Source: Octopus sinensis
Taxonomy: Eukaryota
Length of the DNA stretch: 64,000 nt
Reading direction: 5' to 3'
Assembly: GCF_006345805.1 (NCBI RefSeq)
Contig: NC_043013.1
Coordinates: 38,936,001 to 39,000,000, forward strand
The translations under genes were made by a program, and so were the position numbers. The notes beneath the pieces were generated by a model, which saw nothing but the letters and a program-made list of their open reading frames with translations, was not told the DNA's origin and ran no database searches. This document shows, one piece after another, positions 25,959-38,899 of this stretch (its first letter is position 1; the number at the start of each line of letters is the position of its first letter).

Positions 25959-26215
25959 GGAGGCGCGTGGCTTAGTGGTTAGGGTGTCAGCATCATGATC
26001 GCAAGATTGTAGTTTCGATTCCTGGACCGGGCGACGCGTTGTGTTCTTGAGCAAAACACTTCATTTCACGTTGCTCCAGTTCACTCAGCTGGCAAAAATG
26101 AGTAACGCTGCGATGGACTGGCGTTCCGTCCAGCTGGGGAACACATACGCCATAGAAACCGGGAAACCGGGTCCATGAGCCTGGCTTGGCTTTAAAAAAA
26201 GAGCGCATTTATTTT
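25959..26215 (+). mobile_element. SINE family D (CORE-like); other copies at 35130-35340(+), 49470-49793(-), 50660-50760 and 58400-58545(-)
   Basis: Head ggaggcgcgtggcttagtggttagggtgtc and core gtgttcttgagcaaaacacttcatttcacgttgctccagttcactcagctg. Confidence 0.85.
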
Positions 26216-26502
26216 ATTTTTTTTATTATTTAAACAAAGGAAAGAATCTGAGTGCATGCAGCGATGTGGAGGGAGAACTCATCTACACAGAATATATTTA
26301 GTCCTGTTAAGTGAAAGTACTTAGAATGACAATGGAGATGTAATTTGTCCTTTGAGTGCATACCGTACTTGCGAAGTTTAAGAGAAAGCTTGCACTGTTT
26401 CGAGTACAAAGAAATACTTTCAATAATGTTGATAGGGCTGGAATCTATTCGAACGATGGTTCATCTACCTATCTATCTATTTGTCTGTTTGTCTGTCTGT
26501 CA

Positions 26503-26550
<48 letters not shown>

Positions 26551-26555
<5 letters not shown>

Positions 26556-26680
26556 GAGATTAGCTCGTTTACAAATATGTACCCACTCGTATACGAGTTA
26601 CAAATATATATATATATATATGGTTGTATTTGTAATGTCGGTGCCCCAGCATGGCCACAGCTCGTGAGCTAAAACTAGAT

Positions 26681-26720
<40 letters not shown>

Positions 26721-26850
26721 GAGATTAGCTCGTTTACAAATATGTACCCACTCGTATACGAGTTACAATATATATATATATATATGGTTGTATTTGTAAT
26801 GTCGGTGCCCCAGCATGGCCACAGCTCGTGAGCTAAAACTAGATAAAATA
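26551..26850 (+). repeat. Direct tandem duplication of a ~135-bp unit separated by (TA)n
   Basis: ataatgagattagctcgtttacaaatatg...gctaaaactagataaaa occurs twice. Confidence 0.95.
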
Positions 26851-26909
26851 TATAATTATATATATATATGTATATATGTATACATACATACATACATACA
26901 TACATACAT

Positions 26910-26946
26910 ACAGACTAGTTTCGGGATATTTGCCCCTTATCAATGT
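26910..26946 (-). ncRNA. Minimal hammerhead fold, U3-A8 core variant
   Basis: Reverse complement reads ACA-UUGAUAA-GGGG-CAAAUA-UCCC-GAAA-C-UA-G-UC-UGU. Stem III palindrome is ACUAGU. Confidence 0.65.
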
Positions 26947-27100
26947 GGAGTAGCCGAACCCAGCAGGCGTCGCTGCTGACCGTCTGTTCGAAGGTTTATT
27001 TATTTATATTCAGTGGAATACATCCAAAATGGCTTTCAAAAATCGAAATATTAATATTTCTAAATCTCTCGAAAAGGGACTAGTCTCCTTTATATATATA

Positions 27101-27740
27101 CTAGCAGTATCGCCCGGCGTTGCTCGGGTTTGTAAGGGAAATAACTATATAAGCATTTTTAGAGAGTTATAGCCAAAAAATAGCAAAAAATGCATTAAAA
27201 ATGGAAAAAAATATGATGGTAAATTTTTTTTAAATCGTTGACTCATCGTAGACATTTTTAGAGAGTTACTTCCCTTATATAATAGCGAAAAAATGCATTA
27301 AAAATGGAAAAAAAAACGATGGTAAATTTTTTTTAAATCGTAGACTCATGTAGACGCTTTCTTAGCCATTTCTGTTTTGGTGTCTTCAAGCCATGAAGTC
27401 GTTGTTCTAAAAGAACGCTGGTCTCCTTGACAACGCATTACGACGTTGATTTCCTTACACTCCCTTCCCCACAGGTGTGCAGGTGTGAGCGTGGACGCCA
27501 ACTCCGCCGCCATCGACACACGAAAAATTATGCATTAAAATGGAATAAAAAATTATGTTAAATTATTTTTAAATCGTAGACTCATCGTAGACGCGCGCTA
27601 ATACTCAGATGGGCTCGATATGAATCACGACTATAAGCTACCCGAATTTGGTTAAACTGCACCGCAAAATGTGGGAGTAGTTAGGAATCTAAATCGAAGG
27701 GGACAGACACTCACACAACTACAGTTTTATATATATAGAC
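27101..27740 (+). mobile_element. Helitron-like non-autonomous element with internal subrepeats
   Basis: 5' end TA-CTAGCAGTATCGCCCGGCGTTGCTCGGG (short hairpin), three repeats of tttttaaatcgtagactcatcgtagac, and 3' end ...gacagacactcacacaactacagttttatatatatagac, as recalled for Helitron-derived insertions. Confidence 0.6.
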
Positions 27741-27789
27741 ATACATAGCGCAGTAGTGGTGAGATGTGACAGCAAAGAAAAGCATACAT

Positions 27790-28300
27790 TCACTCTCTGC
27801 ATGCAATTAGACTCGGAAAGTTCGTGAGGAACCCATTGACCCAATTTGCTGACTTTTCCGATAGCACACAGGTCTCAATGAATGGTTGAATGACCAAATC
27901 CAAGCTTCTCTGCTAGTTCCTCAACAGTTACGATGAGATTTTGTTCCACCAGGGTTTTCAGGATGTCCTTGTCGAGTTCTACAGATCTTTCAGGATGAGA
28001 CTCGTCTTCTAGGCTGTAGTTTATGGCTCGGAATTTCTGGAACCACCATGACACTGCCTTACGCTTATTGTCCAATCCCCATATACTGCATTAATATTTC
28101 TTGTACTTTCCGTTGCGTTGTTGTCTTTATTGAACTCATAAAGAAAATATGCCAAATATGCTCCTTTGTTACTTCCAATATAGCTTTGAAAAAAATAGCT
28201 GTTAAAATCGAAATGCACTCTTCAAAACTTGCACTATGAATAAGGACAAGATAAAATTACTACCTGCTTTATAGCAATTTAATATAAGTAGTTTATCCCA
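27790..28300 (-). mobile_element. 5' fragment of a mariner transposase
   Basis: FLYEFNKDNNATESTRNINAVYG and SLEDESHPERSVELDKDILKTLVEQN..TVEELAEKLG (mariner HTH region). Confidence 0.85.
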
Positions 28301-29213
28301 TTCCCCTCTGACTTTTAGTTCAAGCTGTTGAAAAAACCGCATTATTATATATTATACATACATACGTACATACATATACACACACACTCTCTCTCTCACA
28401 CACATGCACACATTTATATTCTGTTATTCTTTTATATGTTTCAGCCTTGAGGTTGTGGCCATGCTGGATCATGTGTGTGTGTGTGTGTCTATCTGTCTGT
28501 CTGTCTGTATGTATATATGTATATGTATGTGTGTGAACAATAATATTTTCAACAGATGTGTTGCAAATGTATCTGATTGTTCTCAAGCTTCAATACTGTG
28601 TGTGTGTATGTGTGTGTGTATGTATGTATGTATATGTATGTATGTATGTATATGTATGTATGTATGTATGTGTGTATGTATGTATGTGTTGTGTGTATGT
28701 ATGTATGTGGTGTGTATGTTGTGTGTGTGTTGTATGTATGTATGTATGTATGTATGTATGTAGGGTGTATGTTTACTTTATTACTAACACAAGCCACTAC
28801 GGTTATTTAATGTAAAGTCTTCCTCAAATCACTCTCTCTGGCTATTTACTCTCTTCGAAGAACATTTTCACTCACTCTTATGTGTTAGCTTCCCATACAT
28901 TTTACTCATGTATCTATCAGCGTGATAGACAGAAACAAATATTACATCTAGTTTCACTTTATTCGTTGCACACTGTGTGTGTGCGTTTGCGTGTGGTGTA
29001 AGCCAGACTAAGAAAAGCATTTGACACACACACCAGAATGTGAGTTTTCTGTAAATTTTGCTTAATTGGAGTTTAAATTTTAAAAACTGGACCTGGCATG
29101 ACGCGATGCATTGTACTCTTAAAAATGCTAGGTAAATTGTAATTGAAGAAATCCTATATTGTAGATTTGTATAACTCCCAAAGGGAGGCAGATAAAATCT
29201 GCCTTTCATAATA

Positions 29214-29258
<45 letters not shown>

Positions 29259-29260
29259 GC

Positions 29261-29290
<30 letters not shown>

Positions 29291-29292
<2 letters not shown>

Positions 29293-29942
29293 ATATATAT
29301 ATATATATATATAATAGAAATATTAAAATTACTAAGTCTCTCTAAAAGAGAACAACGGCAGCGTTCCCGGAAAATATTAGTTATCGCCATACTAATATGG
29401 CATTCTTATAAAAATAAGAAAAAAGCTGACCGCTTATTAGCTCCATGAGGCCATCGCCTTAAGTTAGCTATTTGATACACAAACTGTATCCATATAACCT
29501 TTGAACAAGGGAGGTCAGTCGCTCCACACTACTTGGCCGGCAGCTACAGACGCGTTTTTAAAATTTAGTATGGCGATAACTAATATTTTCCGGGAACGCT
29601 GCCGTTGTTCTCTTTTAGAGAGACTTAGTAATTTTAATATTTCTATTATTGAAAACAAGTGGATGTATTCCACCGAAGCTAGGTAAATAAAACCTTTGAA
29701 CAGAGATTGTCGGAAGCGACACCTACTGGTTTGGCTACGCTGCATTGAAAAGGGGCAATACCCCGAAACGCGTCTGTAGCTGCCGGCCAAGTAGTGTGGA
29801 GCGACTGACCTCCCTTGTTCAAAGGTTATATGGATACAGTTTGTGTATCAAATAGCTAACTTAAGGCGATGGCCTCATGGAGCTAATAAGCGGTCAGCTT
29901 TTTTCTTATTTTTATAAGAATGCCATATTAGTATGGCGATAA

Positions 29943-29948
<6 letters not shown>
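29291..29948. repeat. Nested inverted repeat A-B-A'-C-B'-a' carrying a hammerhead fold
   Basis: A 29291-29383 pairs with A' 29568-29648. B 29384-29558 pairs with B' 29765-29930. Confidence 0.95.
29739..29780 (+). ncRNA. Minimal hammerhead fold, U3-A8 core variant
   Basis: GCUGCA-UUGAAAA-GGGG-CAAUA-CCCC-GAAA-C-GC-G-UC-UGUAGC. Stem III palindrome is ACGCGU. Confidence 0.75.
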
Positions 29949-30012
<64 letters not shown>

Positions 30013-30418
30013 TACATATATCTACACACACACACACAAGATATATGCACGCGAGCACACGCACATTCACACATACACACACATGAATTATTAGCTGTGC
30101 GTAAATTTGAAGAGAAAAATAAACGTGAGATATGAAAGACAAATGAAAAAGAAAATTCTATTATTTGGCTCGGTCTGAAAGGGAAATAGGTCACGGCCAT
30201 TTCTCTATTGATTCATAACATTTTTGTTGGTTTTTGTTTTTCTGGGTTTTTTTTTTCTTGGTTCAGAGAAAGAAAAAAAATTCGTATCGTAAACTGAATG
30301 GGCTAATCAAAACCGAAGTTAATCACAGCTTTAGTCGGACTCCTACCTACTCTGAACGCATGCTAGCAATATATATTTCGTAGAATATTTTAAAATTTAT
30401 AAAAAAAAAAGAAATATA

Positions 30419-30830
30419 GGCGCAGGAGTGGCTGTGTGGTAAGTAGCTTGTTTACCAACCACATGGTTCTGGGTTCAGTCCCACTGCGTGGCACCTTGGG
30501 CAAGTGTCTTCTACTATAGCCTCGGGCCGACCAAAGCCTTGTGAGTGGATTTGGTAGACGGAAACTGAAAGAAGCCCGTCGTATATATATGTATGTGTGT
30601 GTGTGTGTGTGTTTGTGTGTCTGTGTTTGTCCCCCTAGCATTGCTTGACAACCGATGCTGGTGTGTTTATGTCCCCGTTACTTAGCGGTTCGGCAAAAGG
30701 GACCGATAGAATAAGTACTGGGCTTACAAAAGAATAAGTCCCGGGGTCGAGTTGCTCGATTAAAGGCGGTGCTCCAGCATGGCCGCAGTCAAATGACTGA
30801 AACAAGTAAAAGAGTAAAAGAGTAAAAGAG
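30419..30830 (+). mobile_element. tRNA-derived SINE family A (CORE-like; octopus OK/OR-type); other copies at 1-58(+), 34225-34660(-), 52938-53287(+), 60388-60834(-), with fragments at 6670-6860, 22950-23150, 30845-31020 and 49365-49445
   Basis: Head ggcgcaggagtggctgtgtggtaag..ggttcagtcccac, core caccttgggcaagtgtcttc, an internal (TG)n tract, and tail gactgaaacaagtaaaagagt. Confidence 0.9.
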
Positions 30831-31559
30831 AGTGATATTTCTTATTTAGTTGCAGACGTGATTGTGTAGTCAAAAGGCTTGCTTCCCAATAATATAGTCT
30901 TAGGTTTATGTCCACTGTCCAGCACCTTGGACAACTGTCTTCTACTATAGTCCCTCCTGCTCCCGGGCCAATCAAGGCCTTGTGAGTGGATTTGGTAAAC
31001 GGAAACTGAAAGAAGACTGTCGGATACAGGGTATTCGGGTTAAATTTAACGATTTCTGTGTCTTCTTTTATTTCAAGAATAATTTTATACATTGGGGAAC
31101 AGTCAGTGGCGTTGAAAATCATAATTAACGTAGAAAAACTTGGCGTGGTTTATAGATCACCAAGAAATGACCTCCAAATATCGCACAAATCACTACCGTT
31201 TTCAAGAAGGAAACATTTGATAATATAGTCTAAAATCATACCGTCTGAACAAAAGATGGGATGGAAGGGAAGGGAAGGGATGGTCACGGCTAGAGCATAC
31301 TTGATTTGAAGGTCTGTTCAACCAGAGCCGCCTTTCAGCTAAATAACAGCAACAACTTAGAAAGCTAGTCATTTATCAACATGAGTTAAATTCTTGCCGT
31401 TGCCGCCATTGCTGTTTTTTCTTTTTCTTACTGCTATTGTTATTACTGGTGATGCTGTTGGTGGTGTTGCTGCTGTCAGTTTTTGGAGAGCGACGGGTGT
31501 CTGGAGGAAAGAGCATGACCATTGGCCGTTTCCAGATTTTCTTAGACTGTTGACAATGA

Positions 31560-32106
31560 CACCATCAATGTTGCGGTTGTCGTTGTTGTTGTTGTTGTTG
31601 TTGTAAAGCAACAAGACGGGTCAGGGTGATTAGGTGATGGTCTAGGGCTTTGGAGCGGGAGACCCCAGACCTTGGGTAAAAAACACTTTGGTCGTCTTGT
31701 TGTAGTCGAGGGCTCTTCGTTGAGCCCGACACCACTGGGAGGTGGCCCTCGAAGTCGCTGGAAATGGAGATCTCCAGGTTCAAATTCTTGAACGGCTGTC
31801 GTTGCTGCTGGTTATGGTTGACGCTGTTGTTATTGCTGTTGCTGGAACTGTTGTTGTTGTTGTTGTCATTGGTGGTGGTGGTGGTGGTGGTGGTGGTGGT
31901 GTTGGTGGTTGCGGCGGTGGTGATGGCGGCGGTGACGATGTTGTTGTTGTTTCTCTTGTTATTGTTGGTAGTGGTGATGTTGTTGTTGTTACTGGGGCTG
32001 TTGTTGTTGCTCCTGATGCTGCTGTCTTCTTCTTCTTCTTCTTCTTCTTCTTCTTCTTCTTCTTCTTCTTCTTCTTCTTCTTCTTCTTCTTCTTCTTCTT
32101 CTTCTT

Positions 32107-32139
<33 letters not shown>

Positions 32140-32754
32140 TTACTACTTCCAATCAGGACTCACGCCATTAGCCACAAAGAATAATCTCCAATTCGAGCCT
32201 ATTCTAAGTTACTAAGATTGCGTGTGGCAACTTGAAGATCCACCCACCACGCGCGATAGACTGGCGGCTGCACGAGCGCTAAAGCTACGTTGCTATCCTC
32301 ATTCCGTAAACGGTGGCTTTTAACAGGTGGAGAGCTGAACCATCCTGGGGTGCAGAGGATTCGCAATCTAGACTAGGGCCTGAAAGTTTACCACACCATA
32401 GTGGGTTACACCATGGTTCCTATGCTCTGTGGCAGAAGTAGGAAGAAAGAGTGAGAGAAATTTGTGGTGAAAGAGTACAGCAGGGTTCACCACCCCCAGC
32501 ACTGACGGAGCCTCGTGGAGCTTAGGTGTTTTTGCTCAATAAACACTCACAATGTCCGATCTAGGAATCGAAACCACGTTCTTACGACCGCGAGTCCGCT
32601 GCACTAATCACCGGGCCATTGTGCCTCCACTTGATGTTGCTGATGTTGCTCTTGGTGTTGTTGTTGTTGCTATTCTTGCTATTGTTGTCGTGGTTGATAT
32701 TTTTGTTGTAACTGTTGTTATCATTGTTGATGTTGCTTGTTCGCTGGTATTATA

Positions 32755-32785
<31 letters not shown>

Positions 32786-32786
32786 T

Positions 32787-32849
<63 letters not shown>

Positions 32850-33700
32850 AGTCGTTAATGATGTTATTGCTTTTGTTGTTGATGTTGTTGATTTTATTGT
32901 TGTTGGTATGTCTTCTGTTGTCGTTGTCGCTGTGCTGTGCTGCTGTGCTGTTGAGCGAAGCGGTCTTCGTCCCAGAGCTCGCAAGATGGGAGAAGTCCGA
33001 AGCGTGGTCCTTTGCTATTCGTAAGACCCGCAGAAGAGAAAGCAGGTCAACCCCCGACACCGAGAGCATCGACGGATGGATGAACGCGCATCCAGGTTCA
33101 GCGGTTGCGTAGGAAGTCGGGGACAAGAAACAAGAAGGAAGAGTGAGAGAAAGTTGGGGCGAAAGAGTACAACAGGGGTCGCCACCAACCCCTGCCGGAG
33201 CCTCGTGGAGCTTTTAGGTGTTTTCGCTCAATAAACACACACAACGCCCGGTCTGGGAATCGAAACCGCGAGTCCGCTGTCCTAACCACTGGGCCATTGC
33301 GCATCCACTGTTGTTGCTGTTGTCGCTGATACTGATGTTCTTATTGTTAGCGTTGTTTTTGTAGTTGTTGTTGCAGTCACTTTTGATGCTGTATCTGGTT
33401 GCTGCTACTACTACTACTACTGTTATTCTGTTTGTTATTGTGGTTGCTATTGTTATTATTATTGTGAATGCTGTTGCTGTCGATGTTATTGTCGCTGTTA
33501 TCTTTTTTGCATGGATAAAGGAAGAGAAACAAATTATCAATTTAAACCAAACACTTCCTGAACTTACCTACTTCACATCTATTTTCAGCCGAAGAGGGAA
33601 ATTTAATTGGTTGCAGAATCCGCTAGAAATAACAACTAAAATCTATTCTAAAACCACCTCCAACAGTTTTAGGTTAAAAATACTATGTTAGACAATATTG
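31560..33700. repeat. Compound trinucleotide low-complexity region ((TTG)n, (GGT)n, (TTC)n, (TAC)n, (GCT)n) with embedded SINEs; the ORFs here are spurious
   Basis: Homopolymeric ORF-track translations appear in several frames. Confidence 0.9.
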
Positions 33701-35412
33701 TTCCAGATAGGAATGGTCACAGACAGGATGGCCACAGTCGGAAAGCATTTTTTAAAATAATTATTGAGTTCTAAGTGAATTTAGATAAGCTAGTATGTCA
33801 TGAAGATGGGAGACATCTTGAGTTTAATGATTGTTCCTTTGTCTTAGAGAAATTTTAAAGTTGACAGTACGTCCTTCTTTTTAGTTAGGCTTCGAAATAC
33901 CAGTCCCCTCTTCCACTCCGCACAGCTACCAAATTTAGGGGCAGCTCCAAAGCATTAAATCCCATTTCACCTGACAGTTCACAAAATTCAGGACGTCCGA
34001 AAGCATAAGATTCAACATCTCCTTACATCATACAAATTAAGAGTCAATCTCAGAATTTTAGTCTCCTTGTGCCTTCAGTATAAAAATTTAGGGCCAGTCC
34101 CTAAGCATTAGATTTCCCCCTTTTTCTGCTTCATACACATTTAGGGCTAGTCTCAAAACACCGTAATGCACCGTAATTTTCCTCGTCACCGTACACATTT
34201 AGGGCCAATCTTTAAATTTTAAGTTACTCTCTCTTTACTCTCTCTTTTACTTGTTTCAGTCATTTTACTTGTTTCAGTCATTTGACTGTGGCCATGCTGG
34301 AGCACCACCTTTAGTTGAGCAAATCGACCCCAGGACTTATTCTTTGTAAGGCTAGTACTTATTCTATCGGTCTCTTTTGCCGAACCGCTAAGTTACGGGA
34401 ATGTAAACACACCAGCATCGGTTGTCGAGCGATGTTGGGAGGACAAACACAGACACACAAACACATACACACCCATACATATATATATACATATATACGA
34501 CGGGCTTCTTTCAGTTTCCGTCTACCAAATCCACTCACAAGGCTTTGGTCGGCCCGAGGCTATAGTAGAATACACTTGCCCAAGGTGCCATGTAGTGGGA
34601 CTGAACCCTGAACCATGTGGTCGGTAAGCAAGCTGCTTACCACACAGCCACTTCTACGCCTAGGTATTGTTTTATTATTCTTTCGTCTGCTTTCATAATT
34701 GTAGATAAACTATAAATTAGTACCCAATCACATGAAATATGGTGTATGCTACGCGTCTTTTTACGACTTTAGGTCAGTGCTAAGGACAATTTTCTCCACC
34801 ACCGTTACTAGAGTCTCGTAAAGAGAAGTTTGATCCTTATCCTCAAAGCGGACATCTATACCTTCCTCGCTACTTAGTAAAGAAAGCTAGGGTTCGTGGT
34901 CTCGAATCATATTTTTTGTTTTATTTTTCTCTCTTTTCCTTTTCTCTTTCTGTCATTGTCTTGGATCCTGTCTTTTTTTCAATCTATCTCTATTTCTAAG
35001 ACATCTTTTTAATGTCTCTTTTATTTCTTTTCATAGGAGTTCTTCATATACCTCTCCTTATACACACAAATATGTAGATAAAATTACCTTATTCTACAAC
35101 TGGAAGGAGCTTCTCTCCATCAAACTCCTTCGCTCGGTGGTTAAACCGTCGGACTCACAATCATGAGGTAGTGAGTTCGATTCCCGGACCGGGCTGTGCG
35201 TTGTGTCCTTAAGCAAGACACTTTATTTCACGTTGCTCCAGTTCACTCAGCTGTAGAAATGAGTTATGACGTCACTGGTGCCTCGGAGGGGAACTTTCTT
35301 CATGCAATCTCATGGTCATTCATGACTGAAGGGGGTCTATTTTACTTTGTGTGTGTGTGCGTGTGTGTGTGTGCGTGTGTGTGTGTGCGTGTGTGCGTTT
35401 GTGTGTGTGTAT

Positions 35413-35454
<42 letters not shown>

Positions 35455-35501
35455 TGTGTGTGTGTAAATGTTTTCCCAAATAAAATTACACTTCATGTTT
35501 G

Positions 35502-35582
35502 AAACTCTGATGAAGCTATTAGGTGATACTCAAGCATTCAACTATGAGTGCAAAGCATCGTATAGCAGAAACAGCTGTAAGC
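35502..35582 (+). ncRNA. Hammerhead-like fold with a weak stem I
   Basis: CUGAUGA-A-GCUAU...AUAGC-A-GAAA-C-AGCU-G-UA. Only 2 bp of stem I pair. Confidence 0.5.
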
Positions 35583-36144
35583 TAATGAAATTCATAATTT
35601 TTTATTCCTTCGTCACAGTAATCTTTTTATATATGAGAATGTGTGTGTGTGCGCGAATGCGCGTGTGTGCATGCGGGAAAGGGCGACGAAAGTTTTATAA
35701 ATTTCTGCTGATCTGAGAGTTGCTTTCTTTTATCTTACGTAACTGGCAAGATATCTTTCTGGCTTTAATGACCTTAAGCATATCTTTTCTTGCACGTTCT
35801 CACAGCCACTTACCTATAAACTAACCGAGATAACTATTTTTAAATAATAAAGTCGTTTGATCTTTTTGCTTTTAGCATGCCCGTTGTTGCTACTCCTTTT
35901 AATTTTTCTACAACTCTGAATGCTATATCTTAAAATATCACTTATCCAAACACTTGAATTCCTTTCCTACATACCTTTACGCTTTTAAATTAGTAGCTCC
36001 TATTCCATTACGCTGGCCAAAGTCTAATATTGCTGACTGGTGAACCAGTTTTGCGGGGTTGTACCGATATAATGTAGGATAAATATAGTAATAATAACAA
36101 TAATCCATGAATGCAATTTATCGATATTTTAATGCGTCGTTACA

Positions 36145-36343
36145 CGCGTTTCCACAAATCACATGTCTCTTGAGATCATAGTCCGTATTCCTGGGGTAAC
36201 ATTAATGTTATACCGCCTGAAGAAATGAATCCATGATGATGATCAATACGATGCCCAGGGATACTACGGACTACACTGTAATCATCCCAAGAATACGGGC
36301 TGGGATCTTAAAAGACATGTGATTTGTGGAAACGCGCGTAGCG
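36145..36343. repeat. Inverted repeat with ~55-bp arms, overlapping a split hammerhead-like motif
   Basis: cgcgtttccacaaatcacatgtct pairs with agacatgtgatttgtggaaacgcg. CGC-CTGAAGA at 36214 matches GAAA-C-GCGC-G-TA-GCG at 36329. Confidence 0.8.
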
Positions 36344-36397
36344 ATCCAAATATGTTAACCGGATTCGTCATCTCACCTGTTTATATCTATTTTAGAT

Positions 36398-36479
36398 TTT
36401 ACCTGAAGAAGGTGGATTATGTACTGTGGTGTAATCTATAAATACATTAATAAAATTCTCCCGAAACAGCTATCGTAAA
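36398..36479 (+). ncRNA. Hammerhead-like fold with one stem III mismatch
   Basis: UUUAC-CUGAAGA-A-GG...CC-GAAA-C-AGCU-A-UC-GUAAA. Confidence 0.55.
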
Positions 36480-36499
36480 TTTGAAACCCCATTTGTGTT

Positions 36500-38050
36500 C
36501 TTTTTATACCCTTGCCACACCTAGAACCAGCACTCAGTAGATCTACAGTTTAAATTGGATTTGGTACTTACATATTTACAGTATCTTACCAACACCTCCT
36601 GATACCTCCATGGTTGTTAAACAGGAACTATTGACAGTAGGAAATCCAGTTCTGTTTTGAAGATATGTACATCCACTCTATATAAATCTCTCAAGGTCTT
36701 CGGGAGGACATTGAAAAGATGTCGGCCCTTGAATCTCAAAATACTCCCATATCTGGTCCTGTGTTGTGATGACAAGAGTGGGATCTTTGGTACTATGCAA
36801 AGGCTCCCTGTTCCGATTTTAGCATAAAATTTGAAACAAGTCCTTCGAGGATATCCCGTTTGTGCATTACAGAATATCTTTCCCACCTTCGTTCCAGCGT
36901 GTAGAACCATAGCCTTTTGAATCTTTCTCTGTATCTAATCTGCTGCATTGAAACAACCTTTTCTGAGTATCTTTGTTGGATTGCCTCGAGTTTCGCTATT
37001 AATTCTACACTATGAGATGGCCATAATTGGGACCAATAATCAAAACGGTTTAATACAAACATCATGCAGAAGACCATCATGGTTTCCTGCTCCCTTTCAT
37101 TACGAACTTAGTAAGATGCATATAGAATGCATCTGTGTCATTACTCGTGTCAATGACCCTGTCACGCACTGATTGTGATTCTGAGACAGCAGTCTCCCCT
37201 GATTCAGTGTTTTTGTCTGCATTGTACTTAGCTCTGTCAGCTGATGGCGTAGCGTTTGGAACTTGATAGAATAAAATTGCATGTTATAATCTTCAGACCA
37301 CTTATTTCTTGCGTCCAACTTTTGTTGCAGATGCGTGTCTTCTTTAGGGTTCTATATTACCCGTGAGACTTTTGTATTGTCCGTATAGCTCATGAAGGTG
37401 GCTCAGTGTATCACTGAGGGTTTATCTGAAAGGGCCGCTATGAACAGTGGGGGCTCCAAGTGGTCTCTGCGGCACATCATTCACTATTTGATTTTCCTTG
37501 GAGGTGACCCTATGGGCTTCTTCTACCTAACTTCTATCTTTTATAAAGTCGTGTAACCACTCTCTTAGTTTTCCGACTTTACCTAGATCACGCAGTTCGA
37601 AACATGTCATCCATGAGGACTTTATCGAAGGCTTTCTCAAAGTCGAAATATATCACCCACATTTGAATGGTTGACAGTTGTTTTGACACCCAGTCATAGT
37701 GTTGTAAGTGTTGTATCAAGCAGCTTCTTCCTAGGGAAAAACCAAACTGTGTGTCAGTCGGACAGCCATTTTATTCAAGGAACAGGCTCAGGTTCCTTCT
37801 GAATATTCACCCTCTGACTTTTCTGATAAGCGAGATTAGAGAGACAAGCATATAGTTTTTAGCTTCCGCTCTGCTACCTCCTTTATGGATTGCGCCTCTT
37901 CCTTCCTTCAACTTACCTGAAAGCTGGCCACTCACAAAGAAACTCTGGAAGAGAGACTGCAAGCTGGTCATGATTCGAACACTTTTGATCAGACATTTCT
38001 CAATTAAGCCTGGCCCGGAACTAAACGCAATATCTCAACATGCGTTGGAT
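36500..38050 (-). mobile_element. Degenerate CR1-clade LINE (RT plus 3' end)
   Basis: YFDFEKAFDKV, a PQ..LGAPLF remnant and SYTDNTK (YADD-like), followed by LEAIQQRYS, YTLERRWERY and LFNVLP. Confidence 0.8.
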
Positions 38051-38899
38051 TTTCAGTAGGACTTGTACATGCACCAAACCGGAAAGTAAATTGGTAATTT
38101 TCTGATTCGGACAATGGTTTCCAGTAATCCTTTAGAGTAAGTAATGTAGACTTAATATATGTAGTTGCCGAGGGGAAAGGAAAAGGTTCGACATTTTAGC
38201 ATCCAATGTCTTCAAGGAAGGGCACAATAAGTAATATTTACTGTATGTTTGTCTTTGAGAAAAAAACATTTTTGTTTTTACAAACGTTCGCTACCTTACA
38301 AATACTATATCAGTTGAGCAACTGACCTTCTCTAAACACCATAACATATTCAGAACGCTTTTTTTAAGAAAAAAAATGATCTCCGAAAATTATCTCTGAG
38401 CATGCAAAATACAAATTTTGGTGGAGCAAAATGAGTATAACAAACTGAAGTAAATTTGCTCCCATTTTCTAAAATTACATTTGAAAAATGACCTTTACAC
38501 GTCGATATCCATCCTTAGACGTCAGCAACATCACAAATGCAACGACAATTAAAAATATCTAAGTCAAATGAAAGAGAATAATGGAAAATAACATATGATA
38601 TGAAATTAACGAAATTAGACTAAATCTAAAACCTCAACATAAAATATTCTCTATAGCTTCTTCACGATTTACCGGTGTGGCTCTCTTCGTGTTATATTTA
38701 CGCTGCGTGCAGTTAAAGAGAAAAACAAAAACTACTGAAATTAGTCATTACTCATTTTGCCCCATTTTAGACAATTTTTTTTGAAATTGAAAATTTAAAA
38801 AAATATTGACATGGAATCCAACAGACAAAAGAATTTCGATTGTTAAGCATCAAAAGTTATCCAGATATTTTATTAGCAACCTCAATTACAATCTGGTCA

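Noticed and set aside
31565-33126. Long poly-E/Q/T/S/N ORFs (195, 172, 157 aa), and similar ones at 41.3, 43.8 and 45.8 kb
   Set aside because: Trinucleotide tracts interleaved with SINE sequence, open in multiple frames, with no splice or domain support.
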